A stretch of DNA of 64,000 bases. It comes from Chitinophagaceae bacterium. Its GTDB lineage: Bacteria > Bacteroidota > Bacteroidia > Chitinophagales > Chitinophagaceae. The stretch's first letter is position 1; each line of letters starts with the position of its first letter. A program made the translations under genes and the position numbers. The DNA lies in contig JADGPW010000140.1 in assembly GCA_017882265.1 (NCBI GenBank), positions 25,368 to 89,367 on the forward strand, in the 5' to 3' direction. A model generated the notes under the pieces. The model saw only the letters and a list, made by a program, of their open reading frames with translations, was not told the origin of the DNA and did not search any database. Below are positions 36,833 through 46,349 of this stretch, piece by piece.

Positions 36833-37942
36833 ATGAAGATCGTTTTTATAGCCTATAATCATCTGCCGGGATATCATTCACCAGAACAATGGATCAAAAG
36901 GATCAAGCCTTTTGCAGGCGTTATGGAATCGCTCAGCCGGTATTGTCAGGTGTATTATGCCGGACAGATCAATTATGCGGGTATATGGTCACAGGATGGC
37001 GTTGAATATCATTTTTTGCAATCCTCAAAAATGAGATCCCGGGTTCCCTTTCATTTGCATCAAACTATAAAAAAGCTCCGGCCTGATATCGTTATTGTGT
37101 TGGGGCTACATTTTCCTTTAGAGATATTACAATTGCGATGGAGTTTGGGAAAAAAAGTAAAAATCATTGCCCGGCATCATGCCGACAGCCCGCCAGGAGG
37201 TATCAGAAAAATCTTGCTGCGGATAGCGGATCATTATGTGAATGCTTACCTGTTCACTACACAATGGCACGCCGGGGAATGGGTGGATGCAAGGATCATC
37301 AGAAACAGAAATAAGATCCATGAGCTTTTTGAAGCTTCTACAGATTTTACGCGGGAGGATAAGGAGCAAAGCAAAAAAAAGACTGGGATGCGGGGAGATC
37401 ACAATTTTCTTTGGGTAGGAAGGCTAAATGAAAATAAGGACCCCATCACTGTATTGGCAGGATTTGAAAAATATCTATCTGAAAACCCTGTTGCCAGGCT
37501 GCACATGATCTTTCAGGAAGACGATCTTCTGCCGGCAGTGAGATCAAAGATCCGGAAAAGTTCATGGCTGAGCAATGCCGTTCATCTTCATGGTTTAATT
37601 GATTATAATGAATTACCTGCTTGGTACAGCGCTGCTGATTTTTTTATTTCAGGAAGCCACCGTGAAGGCGGCAGTTATGCTTTATTAGAAGCAATGGCCT
37701 GTGGCTGCATACCTGTTGTTACCGCCATTCCCGCATCCCTGAAAACGATCTGTAATGATAAATATGGCCTGAGCTACAAAGCAGGGAATGTCGATGAGCT
37801 GGCCGATAAACTTTCAATGGCCGGTAAACTTTCAAAAGTTGAATTCTCTGCTAACATCGAAACCTATTTCAAAAAAGAACTTTCATCACAGGCCATTGCC
37901 GGGAAGCTTTACAGGATTGTTGAAAATTTACAGGCCATATAG
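36833..37942 (+). CDS. Glycosyltransferase family 4 (GT-B fold)
   Basis: The ATG at 36833 gives MKIVFIAYNH. The C-terminal motif is GSHREGGSYALLEAMACGCIPVVT (EX7E-type). Confidence 0.85.
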   Translation: MKIVFIAYNHLPGYHSPEQWIKRIKPFAGVMESLSRYCQVYYAGQINYAGIWSQDGVEYHFLQSSKMRSRVPFHLHQTIKKLRPDIVIVLGLHFPLEILQLRWSLGKKVKIIARHHADSPPGGIRKILLRIADHYVNAYLFTTQWHAGEWVDARIIRNRNKIHELFEASTDFTREDKEQSKKKTGMRGDHNFLWVGRLNENKDPITVLAGFEKYLSENPVARLHMIFQEDDLLPAVRSKIRKSSWLSNAVHLHGLIDYNELPAWYSAADFFISGSHREGGSYALLEAMACGCIPVVTAIPASLKTICNDKYGLSYKAGNVDELADKLSMAGKLSKVEFSANIETYFKKELSSQAIAGKLYRIVENLQAI

Positions 37943-38986
37943 GTGCATGACCTTCTTTATCGTATTATCTACCCTATAAGGCAGCACAGGATCATATTCA
38001 GTAGGACTCCGTTGCAGGAGTTCAAGTGTCTTTTGCTGCATGGCTTCTTTTGAACCAGTAATATGCCAATGACGGATCTCCTCATTCATGATCCTGCAAA
38101 AACTGATAACGTGTGCCCCGGCGAATAGGGCTTCCAGGCATACTACACCGAAACCTTCATAAGACGAAGGGTGAAGAAATAGTTTGCTTCGTTGCATGAA
38201 TTTCAGTACATCAGCATGAGGGATTTCTCCCGTCAAGTTAACATTCTCATGCAATTGAAGGCGGTCAATCTGAGCCCGTAAATTTTCTGTTTCCGGACCT
38301 TTGCCACAGAGTACGGCTTTGATGCCGGGAATATATTTTTTTATTTCACTGATGATATCAAGAAATAGATTGAATTGCTTCAGCGGGATGAGTGACCCGG
38401 CTCCGAGGATATCAATATCTTTTTTGAGCGGATTGACAGGGAATTGTCGGGGATCGACACCGGGGCTGATCACATGATCCGGTCTTATTGAATAATTTTT
38501 TTCAAATTCTGACTGGAGGAAATCTGATAAAGCCACCAGTTCATTACTGGCAGGATGGATCCGCTTTACATATTTATTTCCTTTCCTGGCATCCTGACCC
38601 TGCAACCAGCAATAGTGCGGCACATCATGTTTACGGCTGAATTTTTTTCCGATCCACGCGTATTCCCCGCACCAAAAACTCAACATACCGATCAATTTGT
38701 TCTGAGCCTGGATATTTTTAAGCACTTTCAGTATCCTTCTCCACAATACTAATTTTAGCAATGGCCCTTTTTTGTAGCCATTAAAAGGTATCACCTCCAC
38801 ACCCTGCCATTGGTAGGATGCCCGGTGAAAAGGATAGTGAAAAGCAAGAATTATAATGGTAAGACCGGGAAAATTTTCTTTCAATGCCTTTACAAATGTT
38901 TGATGAAAAGGTAAACAAGTGCTATCCGTTTCATCTGCTGCGAACCCGGGTGTGAGAATAAGGAAAGTTGACTTTTTATGGCTCAT
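37928..38986 (-). CDS. Glycosyltransferase family 4 (GT-B fold)
   Basis: PSSYEGFGVVCLEALFAGAHVIS. The ATG at 38986 (MSHKKSTFLILTPGF) is preferred over the track start at 39031 because it minimises overlap with the ABC gene. Confidence 0.85.
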   Translation of the reverse strand: MSHKKSTFLILTPGFAADETDSTCLPFHQTFVKALKENFPGLTIIILAFHYPFHRASYQWQGVEVIPFNGYKKGPLLKLVLWRRILKVLKNIQAQNKLIGMLSFWCGEYAWIGKKFSRKHDVPHYCWLQGQDARKGNKYVKRIHPASNELVALSDFLQSEFEKNYSIRPDHVISPGVDPRQFPVNPLKKDIDILGAGSLIPLKQFNLFLDIISEIKKYIPGIKAVLCGKGPETENLRAQIDRLQLHENVNLTGEIPHADVLKFMQRSKLFLHPSSYEGFGVVCLEALFAGAHVISFCRIMNEEIRHWHITGSKEAMQQKTLELLQRSPTEYDPVLPYRVDNTIKKVMHLYGL

Positions 38987-40637
38987 CCAGGGAAATAATT
39001 TTACTGCAATAGGAAAAGCTTTCTTTATCATGAGTGATCAGGATAATAATTTTACCGGACTTTGCCATCATTTTTAAATGATACAAAATACTGTTTTCCG
39101 ATTCCTTGTCCAGCTCATTGAAGGGTTCATCCAGGATGATCAGGTCCGCATTTTTATACAGGGCCCTTGCCAGCGCAATGCGCTGTCTTTGCCCGCCGCT
39201 TATATTTTTTCCATCCTCCGTCACAGGTTTTTCCAGGCCTCCTGGCATATTCCCGGTCAATTCGTTCAATCCTGTTATTTTGATGACATCGTTAAGACGT
39301 TGCCAATCGTGATCGTTCTCCTGCAAGGTGATATTATGCAAAATTGTATCATTGATCAGGAAAGACTGTTGCTGGACATAAGAAATATTTTTCCAATAAC
39401 AACGGCGATCGGGAGCTTCTTTAGCTAAACCGTTTATCAATAAAAAACCTGAATGGGGTTCCAGGAAGCCAAGCAATAAATTTATAGCTGTTGTTTTACC
39501 CTTTCCAGACTTTCCTGACAATCCTATAAAATCGCCACTTTTTATTTCAAGGTTAAAATTATTCAAAACATCCTTGTTTGGATATCCAAAAGCAACGTTT
39601 GAGAAAGTAACCGATGTGATCGTTTCATTTTGCAGTAGTTTATTTTGCCGGTCAATAGGTTGATTTTGCAGCAGGCTCTGAACAATGAATTCATGCGCTT
39701 TGATTTGTCCCAGGCTATTCAGGATCTTTACAATACCCGGGATGATTTTATAGGCAGCTGCCATAAATGCCCCAATGGTAATCAGGTCAATCGCTTTGTT
39801 CCCGGTATAAAAATTTATAACAACGAGAATGAATAAACCAAAGACTGCAAACACTTCAATAAGTCGTGGCGGAAAGCTTTGTATGATCTGTTGCTCTGTA
39901 AAGCTACGGCTTTGCTGAACCAGGTAGTTTAAAAAACGATTGAGAAAAAAATGTTTCCTGTCATAAATATTGCTTTCTACGAACCCCGTAATAGCTTCCT
40001 TTAAATGCTGAATCAGTTTGCTGTGGATAGTTTTGGCAGAATCATGGATGACCTGCATTTTTTTTTTCATGAAAAATAATAGAAAAAAAACAGGAGGTAG
40101 CAATATCAGCAGCAGGAGTGAAAACAGCACCGGTTTAAAAATAATTATGGGAATGAGGGCAAAAATAATCAGGATAGCCTGGCTGATAATCTGCTGTGAC
40201 CCTCTTAATACATAATGGGCAAACTCCAGGGGATTATTGAAGATGGTACGAAAGTGTACCGATGAATCAATATTGACATAATTGCTGTAGCTTCCTTCAA
40301 GATAATTGGACAGCTTGTTTTCTGATATCCTCAAGGCTATTCCGTAAATGAAATAATACTGTTTTTTAGAAACGGATAAAGCAAGCCAGTTTTTAAGCGC
40401 AAAGAGCAAGGTAAAGATTCCGATCAATAACAGAGGTTTTTTATTCAAAATTTGTACAGGCCAGGAATCAGCAGTTACAAACCTGGCGGACCTGGTATAG
40501 TAACCAATGACAAACAGCAATATAATGAGAAAGAAAATGTCGAGCAGGCTTATGATCACGTCAAGAATGATAAGCTGCCACATTTTCTGCTTTTCTTTTT
40601 TTTGCAGGATGCCGAAAATGTTTTTTATAAGCTGCAT
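38976..40637 (-). CDS. ABC exporter, fused permease/ATPase (MsbA/PglK-like half transporter)
   Basis: Six predicted N-terminal TM helices, Walker A GLSGKSGKGKTT, signature ISGGQRQRIALARAL and Walker B LIILDEP. There is no N-terminal C39 peptidase domain. Confidence 0.9.
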   Translation of the reverse strand: MQLIKNIFGILQKKEKQKMWQLIILDVIISLLDIFFLIILLFVIGYYTRSARFVTADSWPVQILNKKPLLLIGIFTLLFALKNWLALSVSKKQYYFIYGIALRISENKLSNYLEGSYSNYVNIDSSVHFRTIFNNPLEFAHYVLRGSQQIISQAILIIFALIPIIIFKPVLFSLLLLILLPPVFFLLFFMKKKMQVIHDSAKTIHSKLIQHLKEAITGFVESNIYDRKHFFLNRFLNYLVQQSRSFTEQQIIQSFPPRLIEVFAVFGLFILVVINFYTGNKAIDLITIGAFMAAAYKIIPGIVKILNSLGQIKAHEFIVQSLLQNQPIDRQNKLLQNETITSVTFSNVAFGYPNKDVLNNFNLEIKSGDFIGLSGKSGKGKTTAINLLLGFLEPHSGFLLINGLAKEAPDRRCYWKNISYVQQQSFLINDTILHNITLQENDHDWQRLNDVIKITGLNELTGNMPGGLEKPVTEDGKNISGGQRQRIALARALYKNADLIILDEPFNELDKESENSILYHLKMMAKSGKIIILITHDKESFSYCSKIISLDEP

Positions 40638-41568
40638 AGATTCCCCTTTTTAAAGCGGACAGCCAGTGTCCTGGTTTATCTCTCATCCAAAGCGATTGGC
40701 TAAGTTGCCGCAATGCCACCCTGTATTCTCTCTTTGCAAAACGATGTATGGAAGCTTCTGACAAAAGAAAAGCAATATGCGTGCGGGCAAGTTTTTCAAA
40801 TTCTTTTCCTGGCTTTAGGTTGATGAATGCCTGGTAAACTGAGGCCGAACGTTCATGCGGATAAGTAGCTGATTTATAGGTACGGTTCGGGTGATCTCTT
40901 ACCCGCAAAATAATTTCTTTTGTAATCGCTGCTTCAGCATTCAAAGCCAATCGTAATACGAATTCATAATCTCCTTTGATTTCCAGATGAGGTGAGAATC
41001 CCCCGATTTCATCAAAAAGTTTTTTTTCAACAATTAGTGAGCAAATACAAATCCCGGCTTTGCCCATAATTATTTCTTTGACAACATGGCCGGAAAATGG
41101 AGCAAATTTTTCAGGGCTTTTATATATCATTTTTTGATTTTCATCTCTGTACTCAAATAAGCCATAGGCCCATCTTTTTTTCTCTTTTTTCAGGGTTTCT
41201 AATTGCCGTTCCAGTTTTTGTGGCATCCAAAGATCATCAGAATCTAAAAATGCCAGCCATTCTCCTTTGCTTGTTTTTACGCCGGCATTCCTTACGTTAC
41301 TGATATGACCCGTATGGGGCAACCCGATTAACCGGATCCTTGGATCACCCATTCTTTGAATGGTCTCTGCCGTATTATCCGTTGAACCATCATCTGCAAC
41401 AATTAGCTCCCATTTGGTATAGGTTTGTGCCCTTACAGATGCAATGGCTTCCAGCAGCATAGCAAGCCGATTGTAAGTGGGTATTACGACGGAAACGAGT
41501 GGGTAGTTTCCACCGCTAAGGCCCCAATCAATATCATATGGTACCGACCCGGTAATGGAGTTTGACAA
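40561..41568 (-). CDS. Glycosyltransferase family 2
   Basis: VSVVIPTYNR, VADDGSTD and AFLDSDDLW. The track start is TTG. The 3' end overlaps the ABC gene start by 77 nt. Confidence 0.85.
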   Translation of the reverse strand: MSNSITGSVPYDIDWGLSGGNYPLVSVVIPTYNRLAMLLEAIASVRAQTYTKWELIVADDGSTDNTAETIQRMGDPRIRLIGLPHTGHISNVRNAGVKTSKGEWLAFLDSDDLWMPQKLERQLETLKKEKKRWAYGLFEYRDENQKMIYKSPEKFAPFSGHVVKEIIMGKAGICICSLIVEKKLFDEIGGFSPHLEIKGDYEFVLRLALNAEAAITKEIILRVRDHPNRTYKSATYPHERSASVYQAFINLKPGKEFEKLARTHIAFLLSEASIHRFAKREYRVALRQLSQSLWMRDKPGHWLSALKRGIYAAYKKHFRHPAKKRKAENVAAYHS

Positions 41569-41722
41569 AATTCTTAAGGATTTATTTTGTGTAAATGGAT
41601 AACAAATCTTTTACGTGTCACTTTCTTATCAATTTAAAGTTACTTTAAGTAAAAAAGATGACCTCATACTAACCGCCAAATATTTTAACAGGTGCCACAA
41701 ATAAAAACTAAATATCCGGTAT

Positions 41723-41860
41723 TATTGATCAATGTAGATGGTAAGTATATTTAGCCGAACCCTGGTTTTCATTTTCCGTTTATCATCCTCCTGACCTGAA
41801 AGACCGGCAACATGCGCCAGTCGGGTGATGCCCGGTTTTAAATAATGAATTATCTTTTTT
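41723..41860 (-). pseudogene. Relic of the C-terminal part of a polyprenyl-phosphate sugar phosphotransferase
   Basis: Own translation gives KKIIHYLKPGITRLAHVAGLSGQEDDKRKMKTRVRLNILTIYIDQ*. It aligns with the ...RPGITGLAQVNGYHGP...YV... region of the intact transferase at 25574-26302. It has no start codon or N-terminal domain and is too short for the ORF track. Confidence 0.45.
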
Positions 41861-41861
41861 C

Positions 41862-42686
41862 TCAGCCCTCTCCTGCAATAGATTTCTTTTCGGCTAGCAA
41901 CAGTTTTGTTATCTGGGATGAGGATTTTATTTGCTTGGAGCGCTGGAGCCGGTACAACTTGCTGTATTTTAAAAAAACCTGATGTGAAGTATTGATAGCG
42001 ATCGTGAAACCATCAAACCCATCCCAGAAACCGAGGCGGAAGAAATAACCGTTAATAAAAGCCCATGCCGGGCGGAACAGGATCTTCAACCAGGAACTGC
42101 GGCGACCGATATTATACAAGGAGATGGCCGCTATAGTACTTAGCCGGTTATTTTGCCAAATATGATCATCCACTGTGTTAAATGAATAATGAAGAATATC
42201 GCCCTCTAGGTGTTTAACCGGGATATCATTTTGGAGCCCGATCTTATCATGGGGATTCAGGCCTCCCCATTTGGCGATCCTCCTGTCAAATAAACGGATC
42301 TTCTTATCCGGGTACCAGAGTCCGTGACGGATAAAACGACCGCAATAACTGGTGCATCGGTTCATGCGGTAAGCACGGAAGGAAAATGAATGTTTTGCTT
42401 CAAGGATCGAATCAACAAGTGTATCATCCAGGGTTTCATCGGCATCAAGGCTTAAAATATAATTATGGGAAGCCAGTTGCATGGCAAAATTCTTTTGCCC
42501 GATATAACCTCTGAATTTTTCATGATGAACAATAGCGCCCCGGTTTCGGGCTATTTCCACCGTGCTGTCGGTAGAATAAGAATCAAGAACGATGATCTCA
42601 TCGGCAACTTTTTTTACCGAATCTATACATCTCCCGATATTTTGTTCTTCGTTAAAAGTAATGATGACAACTGATAAACAGGGCAT
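41862..42686 (-). CDS. Glycosyltransferase family 2
   Basis: The ATG at 42686 gives MPCLSVVIITFNEEQNIGRCIDSV. Further motifs are VLDSYSTDSTVEIA and LSLDADE. The track start at 42728 is TTG. Confidence 0.85.
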   Translation of the reverse strand: MPCLSVVIITFNEEQNIGRCIDSVKKVADEIIVLDSYSTDSTVEIARNRGAIVHHEKFRGYIGQKNFAMQLASHNYILSLDADETLDDTLVDSILEAKHSFSFRAYRMNRCTSYCGRFIRHGLWYPDKKIRLFDRRIAKWGGLNPHDKIGLQNDIPVKHLEGDILHYSFNTVDDHIWQNNRLSTIAAISLYNIGRRSSWLKILFRPAWAFINGYFFRLGFWDGFDGFTIAINTSHQVFLKYSKLYRLQRSKQIKSSSQITKLLLAEKKSIAGEG

Positions 42687-42878
42687 CTGAATTGGGTTTG
42701 TCAACGGTTCAACGCTTTTTTTTACCAATCGGGTAAATTGGTTAAAAGGTTTGCTGGGCAGAAAAAAGGATCACGGATGATTCACAAAGAGGGAGATAAT
42801 AAAGATGAAACGGATTTTACACCAAAACAGAACAAATACCGGTGTTTATCCCCGCCTAAGATTCCTTCGGGCTGGTGT

Positions 42879-44144
42879 TCATTCCGTAAAATCTGTGCTC
42901 ATGAAAGGGAAAAAAGTAAAGATCAAAATACCATACTGGGTTTCAAACACGGATTCATTGAGTAACCAGGCCAGCAATAATATAATAATAAAGCTGGCCC
43001 CCCTGCTTTTCTTCTTCCAGGCCATCCTCAAAAGTGAAAAACAGATAAGCAATAAAATAAATAAGCCCGTAATCCCCGTTTGTAATAAGGTTTCAAGAAA
43101 TTGGTTATGAGTATTGTACCCCAGGAAACCCCTGTCTCCACGAACGGGATCGCCGATGTACATATTTTTTGATATATATTTCTGGTCAAGGTAATATTGA
43201 GCATCTCCCGGACTTACGCCTAACGGCCAGCTTTGATTTTTACGCAGTATCCCGGTTACAAATCTCCACTGAAGCAGCCTGAACTGCAGGCCATTAAAAT
43301 AATCCCCGGGGTCAAACCGATCCTTTGTCACCAATTGAATATCCCCTTTCAAGATCTCATCAAACCGTTTACTCACGGGATTATGATTGATAAATACCAG
43401 GCTGCCGATACTGATGAATAGCAGTAAAACCCCGATACCTGCCGTTTTGTTTATTGTGCTGTTTTTGATAAATCCAATAAAATAATAAAGCAAGTACAAC
43501 AGGTAGAAAGCGATGACCAGTTTGGATGAAAGAAGAAATAGGAATCCGGAAAAGAATATGACGAAGAAAATAGTAATGCTCTTACTTATACGGGCATCAT
43601 TTTTCCTTATATTTTCAAATAAAAATACCAGGGCTATAAACACTAATATGGAAAAATATATGGCATGTTGCTTCAGGGGACTCACCAGGGTATGATAGAA
43701 GAACACAGAAAATTCATTAGTTTGTGAATAATGGAATACGGCCATCCCCAAACAATACAAACAGGCTCCGGCAAGTAGCAGACAAAAATGAAGGGATAAT
43801 TTTTGAAGCTTATTCCCTTTGAGGTAACCGGAATAGCACACAGCAAAAGGAGTCAACAGCAGCCCGGTCTTGATGCGCAGATCATTCCATCCCTCCTGCA
43901 TATTATGAGTATAGATCAGGGAAATTACATGAAGGAGAAAGAACAGGATGCAACCCGCAAGAAACAGATTTTTTGCGCGCCATTGGAATAAAACTTTAAT
44001 ATCTGACCTGTTCGTTATTATCCCTATGACAAGGATGAGCCCAATACTTATGCTGCTAATGACCCGGAAAGAGCTGATCAGGCTGGTAAAAAAAATAAGA
44101 TAGAGAAGGTGGTTGAGCAGCGAAAGATCTTTAGCCTGGTTCAT
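42879..44144 (-). CDS. O-antigen ligase/polymerase family membrane protein (Wzy_C-like)
   Basis: About 10 TM helices. GYNTHNQFLETLLQTGITGLFILLL matches the conserved loop of the O-antigen ligase family. Confidence 0.75.
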   Translation of the reverse strand: MNQAKDLSLLNHLLYLIFFTSLISSFRVISSISIGLILVIGIITNRSDIKVLFQWRAKNLFLAGCILFFLLHVISLIYTHNMQEGWNDLRIKTGLLLTPFAVCYSGYLKGNKLQKLSLHFCLLLAGACLYCLGMAVFHYSQTNEFSVFFYHTLVSPLKQHAIYFSILVFIALVFLFENIRKNDARISKSITIFFVIFFSGFLFLLSSKLVIAFYLLYLLYYFIGFIKNSTINKTAGIGVLLLFISIGSLVFINHNPVSKRFDEILKGDIQLVTKDRFDPGDYFNGLQFRLLQWRFVTGILRKNQSWPLGVSPGDAQYYLDQKYISKNMYIGDPVRGDRGFLGYNTHNQFLETLLQTGITGLFILLLICFSLLRMAWKKKSRGASFIIILLLAWLLNESVFETQYGILIFTFFPFMSTDFTE

Positions 44145-44163
44145 TTACTACTGGGATTTAGAT

Positions 44164-44235
44164 CACGGATAACACGGATTAAAATGGATTTCACAGATTG
44201 GAGTGATTATCCGTGAAATTCATTTTAATCCGCGT
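44164..44235. repeat. Intergenic hairpin element with self-similar arms (ACGGAT-type words)
   Basis: Left arm CACGGATAACACGGATTAAAATGGATTTCAC (44164-44193). Right arm GTGATTATCCGTGAAATTCATTTTAATCCGCGT (44203-44235). The right arm contains the last codons and stop of the Wzz-like gene. Confidence 0.7.
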
Positions 44236-45086
44236 ACTGCGTGCTTCCGTGCTTTCAATTTCTGGTTTATCGAACTAAACAATGCATATACATAAGCAAG
44301 GGAAAGAAAGAAAAGGAGACCTATAATAAGCCAGGGGATAAGTTTAGGGCCGACCGGTTTTTGAAATTTACTAAATCCCTGCAATACCTGTACAGCATTG
44401 GTGAACTTCAGCTCGCCTTTAAAAGACAATAGCTTTTCGTTCATCTCAATTAGTTGCCTGTTAATGCTGGAGCCGTCGATGATCAGTGAAGAGCTGATTT
44501 TTTCTTTACCACCAATGATATCTTCCATTATCTTTTTGGTGGAATCAAGTTTTTTGATCTCCGTGCTTGTTTTGTCAATAAGCACCTGTAAGTCAGCTCT
44601 TTTTAGTGCCAGCCGTTGTTTGATATATACGCTATTTTCAAATCCAAACACGATCCCGTTTTGGAGTTCATCCAATATGGAGTTATCCGTAACATTTACT
44701 TCAATAGTGAATCCATGTGGGTTTTCGGAAGAAAATACCTTTTGGATCTCTTCCGCCTTCATTTGTTTTAGTTGATGGAGGATTTTTTCACTGCAATGGA
44801 GGGTGGTAGCCAATTCAGCATATTCCTTATTCTTTAAAAGGCTATTCCAGTTATTCAGGATCTGGATCTGCTCCTGGTTCGTCAGCGTAAAAGAGTGAAT
44901 GATGAGCCGGGACCGGTAGATCCGGGGAAGAGCGGAGTAAACAAATATGCCCAGTGAAAGGCCCAGGATGATGGCGATGATAAAAATCCACCTGAATTTT
45001 CTGAAAAATAATATACACCGCTCTATCAATAAAAGCAAGTCAATATCCTCTGGTGCAATATCCGGATCTTTTGTCGCCAAACTCAT
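44220..45086 (-). CDS. Polysaccharide co-polymerase (Wzz-like chain-length determinant), no kinase domain
   Basis: The topology is TM1 (WIFIIAIILGLSLGIFVY), then a ~190-aa coiled-coil-rich segment, then a proline motif KPVGPKLIPW and TM2. The assignment rests on architecture, not on a family motif. Confidence 0.6.
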   Translation of the reverse strand: MSLATKDPDIAPEDIDLLLLIERCILFFRKFRWIFIIAIILGLSLGIFVYSALPRIYRSRLIIHSFTLTNQEQIQILNNWNSLLKNKEYAELATTLHCSEKILHQLKQMKAEEIQKVFSSENPHGFTIEVNVTDNSILDELQNGIVFGFENSVYIKQRLALKRADLQVLIDKTSTEIKKLDSTKKIMEDIIGGKEKISSSLIIDGSSINRQLIEMNEKLLSFKGELKFTNAVQVLQGFSKFQKPVGPKLIPWLIIGLLFFLSLAYVYALFSSINQKLKARKHAVRGLK

Positions 45087-45106
45087 ATAATTGTTATAGC
45101 GTGAAT

Positions 45107-45213
45107 TTATAAAATAAAAAGATAATAGTGAATAGATAATAGATAAAAGTGTTTTAAACCCTTCATTACCAATCCTGACTTTAATTCACTATCATCTGTT
45201 CACTTTTAACTAT
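45107..45213. repeat. Hairpin/MITE-like element, GATAATAGTGAA family, copy 1
   Basis: Left arm AAAAGATAATAGTGAATAGATAATAGATAAAAGTG. Right arm CACTATCATCTGTTCACTTTTAACTATAAGTTTTATC. The arms are about 90% identical to those of the copy at 47518-47646. Confidence 0.75.
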
Positions 45214-45383
45214 AAGTTTTATCTGTATCAAGGGACATAACAATCCCTTTCGGGATATCATGTCACTTAACGGGATTTATCATACCGGGGTTGCTTTTAT
45301 CTTTTTTCTTTGCTTCTGTATGGTCAGTATTATCTTCGTCAACAGCGATGTTAATTGAAATAAACAAACTGGTTACTAATTTA

Positions 45384-46349
45384 ATGATGCAGGAACCGAA
45401 AGTATATATTGTCATGCTCAACTTCCGGCAATGGGAGGATTCCCGTGATTGTCTTGCGTCCATCTTATGTTCTTCGTATACCAATTTTTCAGTGGTATTG
45501 GTTGATAACAACTCGGAAAATAATTCGCTTGAGCATTTAATAGAATGGCTTGAAAATTCCATTTACGGAAATATGCGTTCAACCGAAAACCCGATTGGTC
45601 ATATTTTAATGTTAAGATCAGCAATCACTGAGTCCACTGAACCTGCCAAGCTGCCAAAAATAACCTTTATACAAAATGATAATAATGACGGGTTTGCCGG
45701 AGGAAATAATATTGCATTAAAGCTTTTTCCGGACCAGGATGCGTATGTATGGTTATTGAATCCGGATATGACCATACGAGAAAACACATTGGAAGAGCTG
45801 GTGAATTACACGGTGGAGCAACCGGCTACGGCGGTCGTAGGGGCGACGGTTCAATCTTATTCAGGCAACCATGAGCTGCTTTTTTACGGTGGTGGTACGA
45901 TAAACTTTTGGACCGCTACAGTAAGAATGGCCAGGAAAACCAGTCTCATTCCACTACTTGATTATATTTCGGGCGGTTGTTTGTTTACCCATGCATCAAA
46001 TTTAAAACGGACCGGGCTGCTACCCGAGGCGTATTTTTTATATTGGGAAGAAACAGATTGGTGTTACCAGGCTAAGCGATCAGGGTGTCAGTTGTTGGTT
46101 TGTACCTCAGCGATTTGTTACGACAAGATCAGCACAGTGATTGGTAAAAGTTTTATGGCTGATTACTATTATGTGCGAAATGGATTGTTGTTTATTTCAA
46201 AATACAGGAAGAAGAACCTCCCGGTGATTATTTTTTTTAATAGCGTCAGGTTCATGAAACGAATCATCACCGGTCAGTGGAAAAGGGCAAAGGGCGTATT
46301 CAAAGGGACGATGGATTTTTTTAAAATGAATCGGGATGAAGCTAAATAA
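45384..46349 (+). CDS. Glycosyltransferase family 2
   Basis: The ATG at 45384 gives MMQEPKVYIVMLNFRQWEDSRDCLASI. Further motifs are VLVDNNSEN and DGFAGGNNIAL. The track start at 45291 is TTG and lies inside the intergenic repeat region. Confidence 0.8.
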   Translation: MMQEPKVYIVMLNFRQWEDSRDCLASILCSSYTNFSVVLVDNNSENNSLEHLIEWLENSIYGNMRSTENPIGHILMLRSAITESTEPAKLPKITFIQNDNNDGFAGGNNIALKLFPDQDAYVWLLNPDMTIRENTLEELVNYTVEQPATAVVGATVQSYSGNHELLFYGGGTINFWTATVRMARKTSLIPLLDYISGGCLFTHASNLKRTGLLPEAYFLYWEETDWCYQAKRSGCQLLVCTSAICYDKISTVIGKSFMADYYYVRNGLLFISKYRKKNLPVIIFFNSVRFMKRIITGQWKRAKGVFKGTMDFFKMNRDEAK

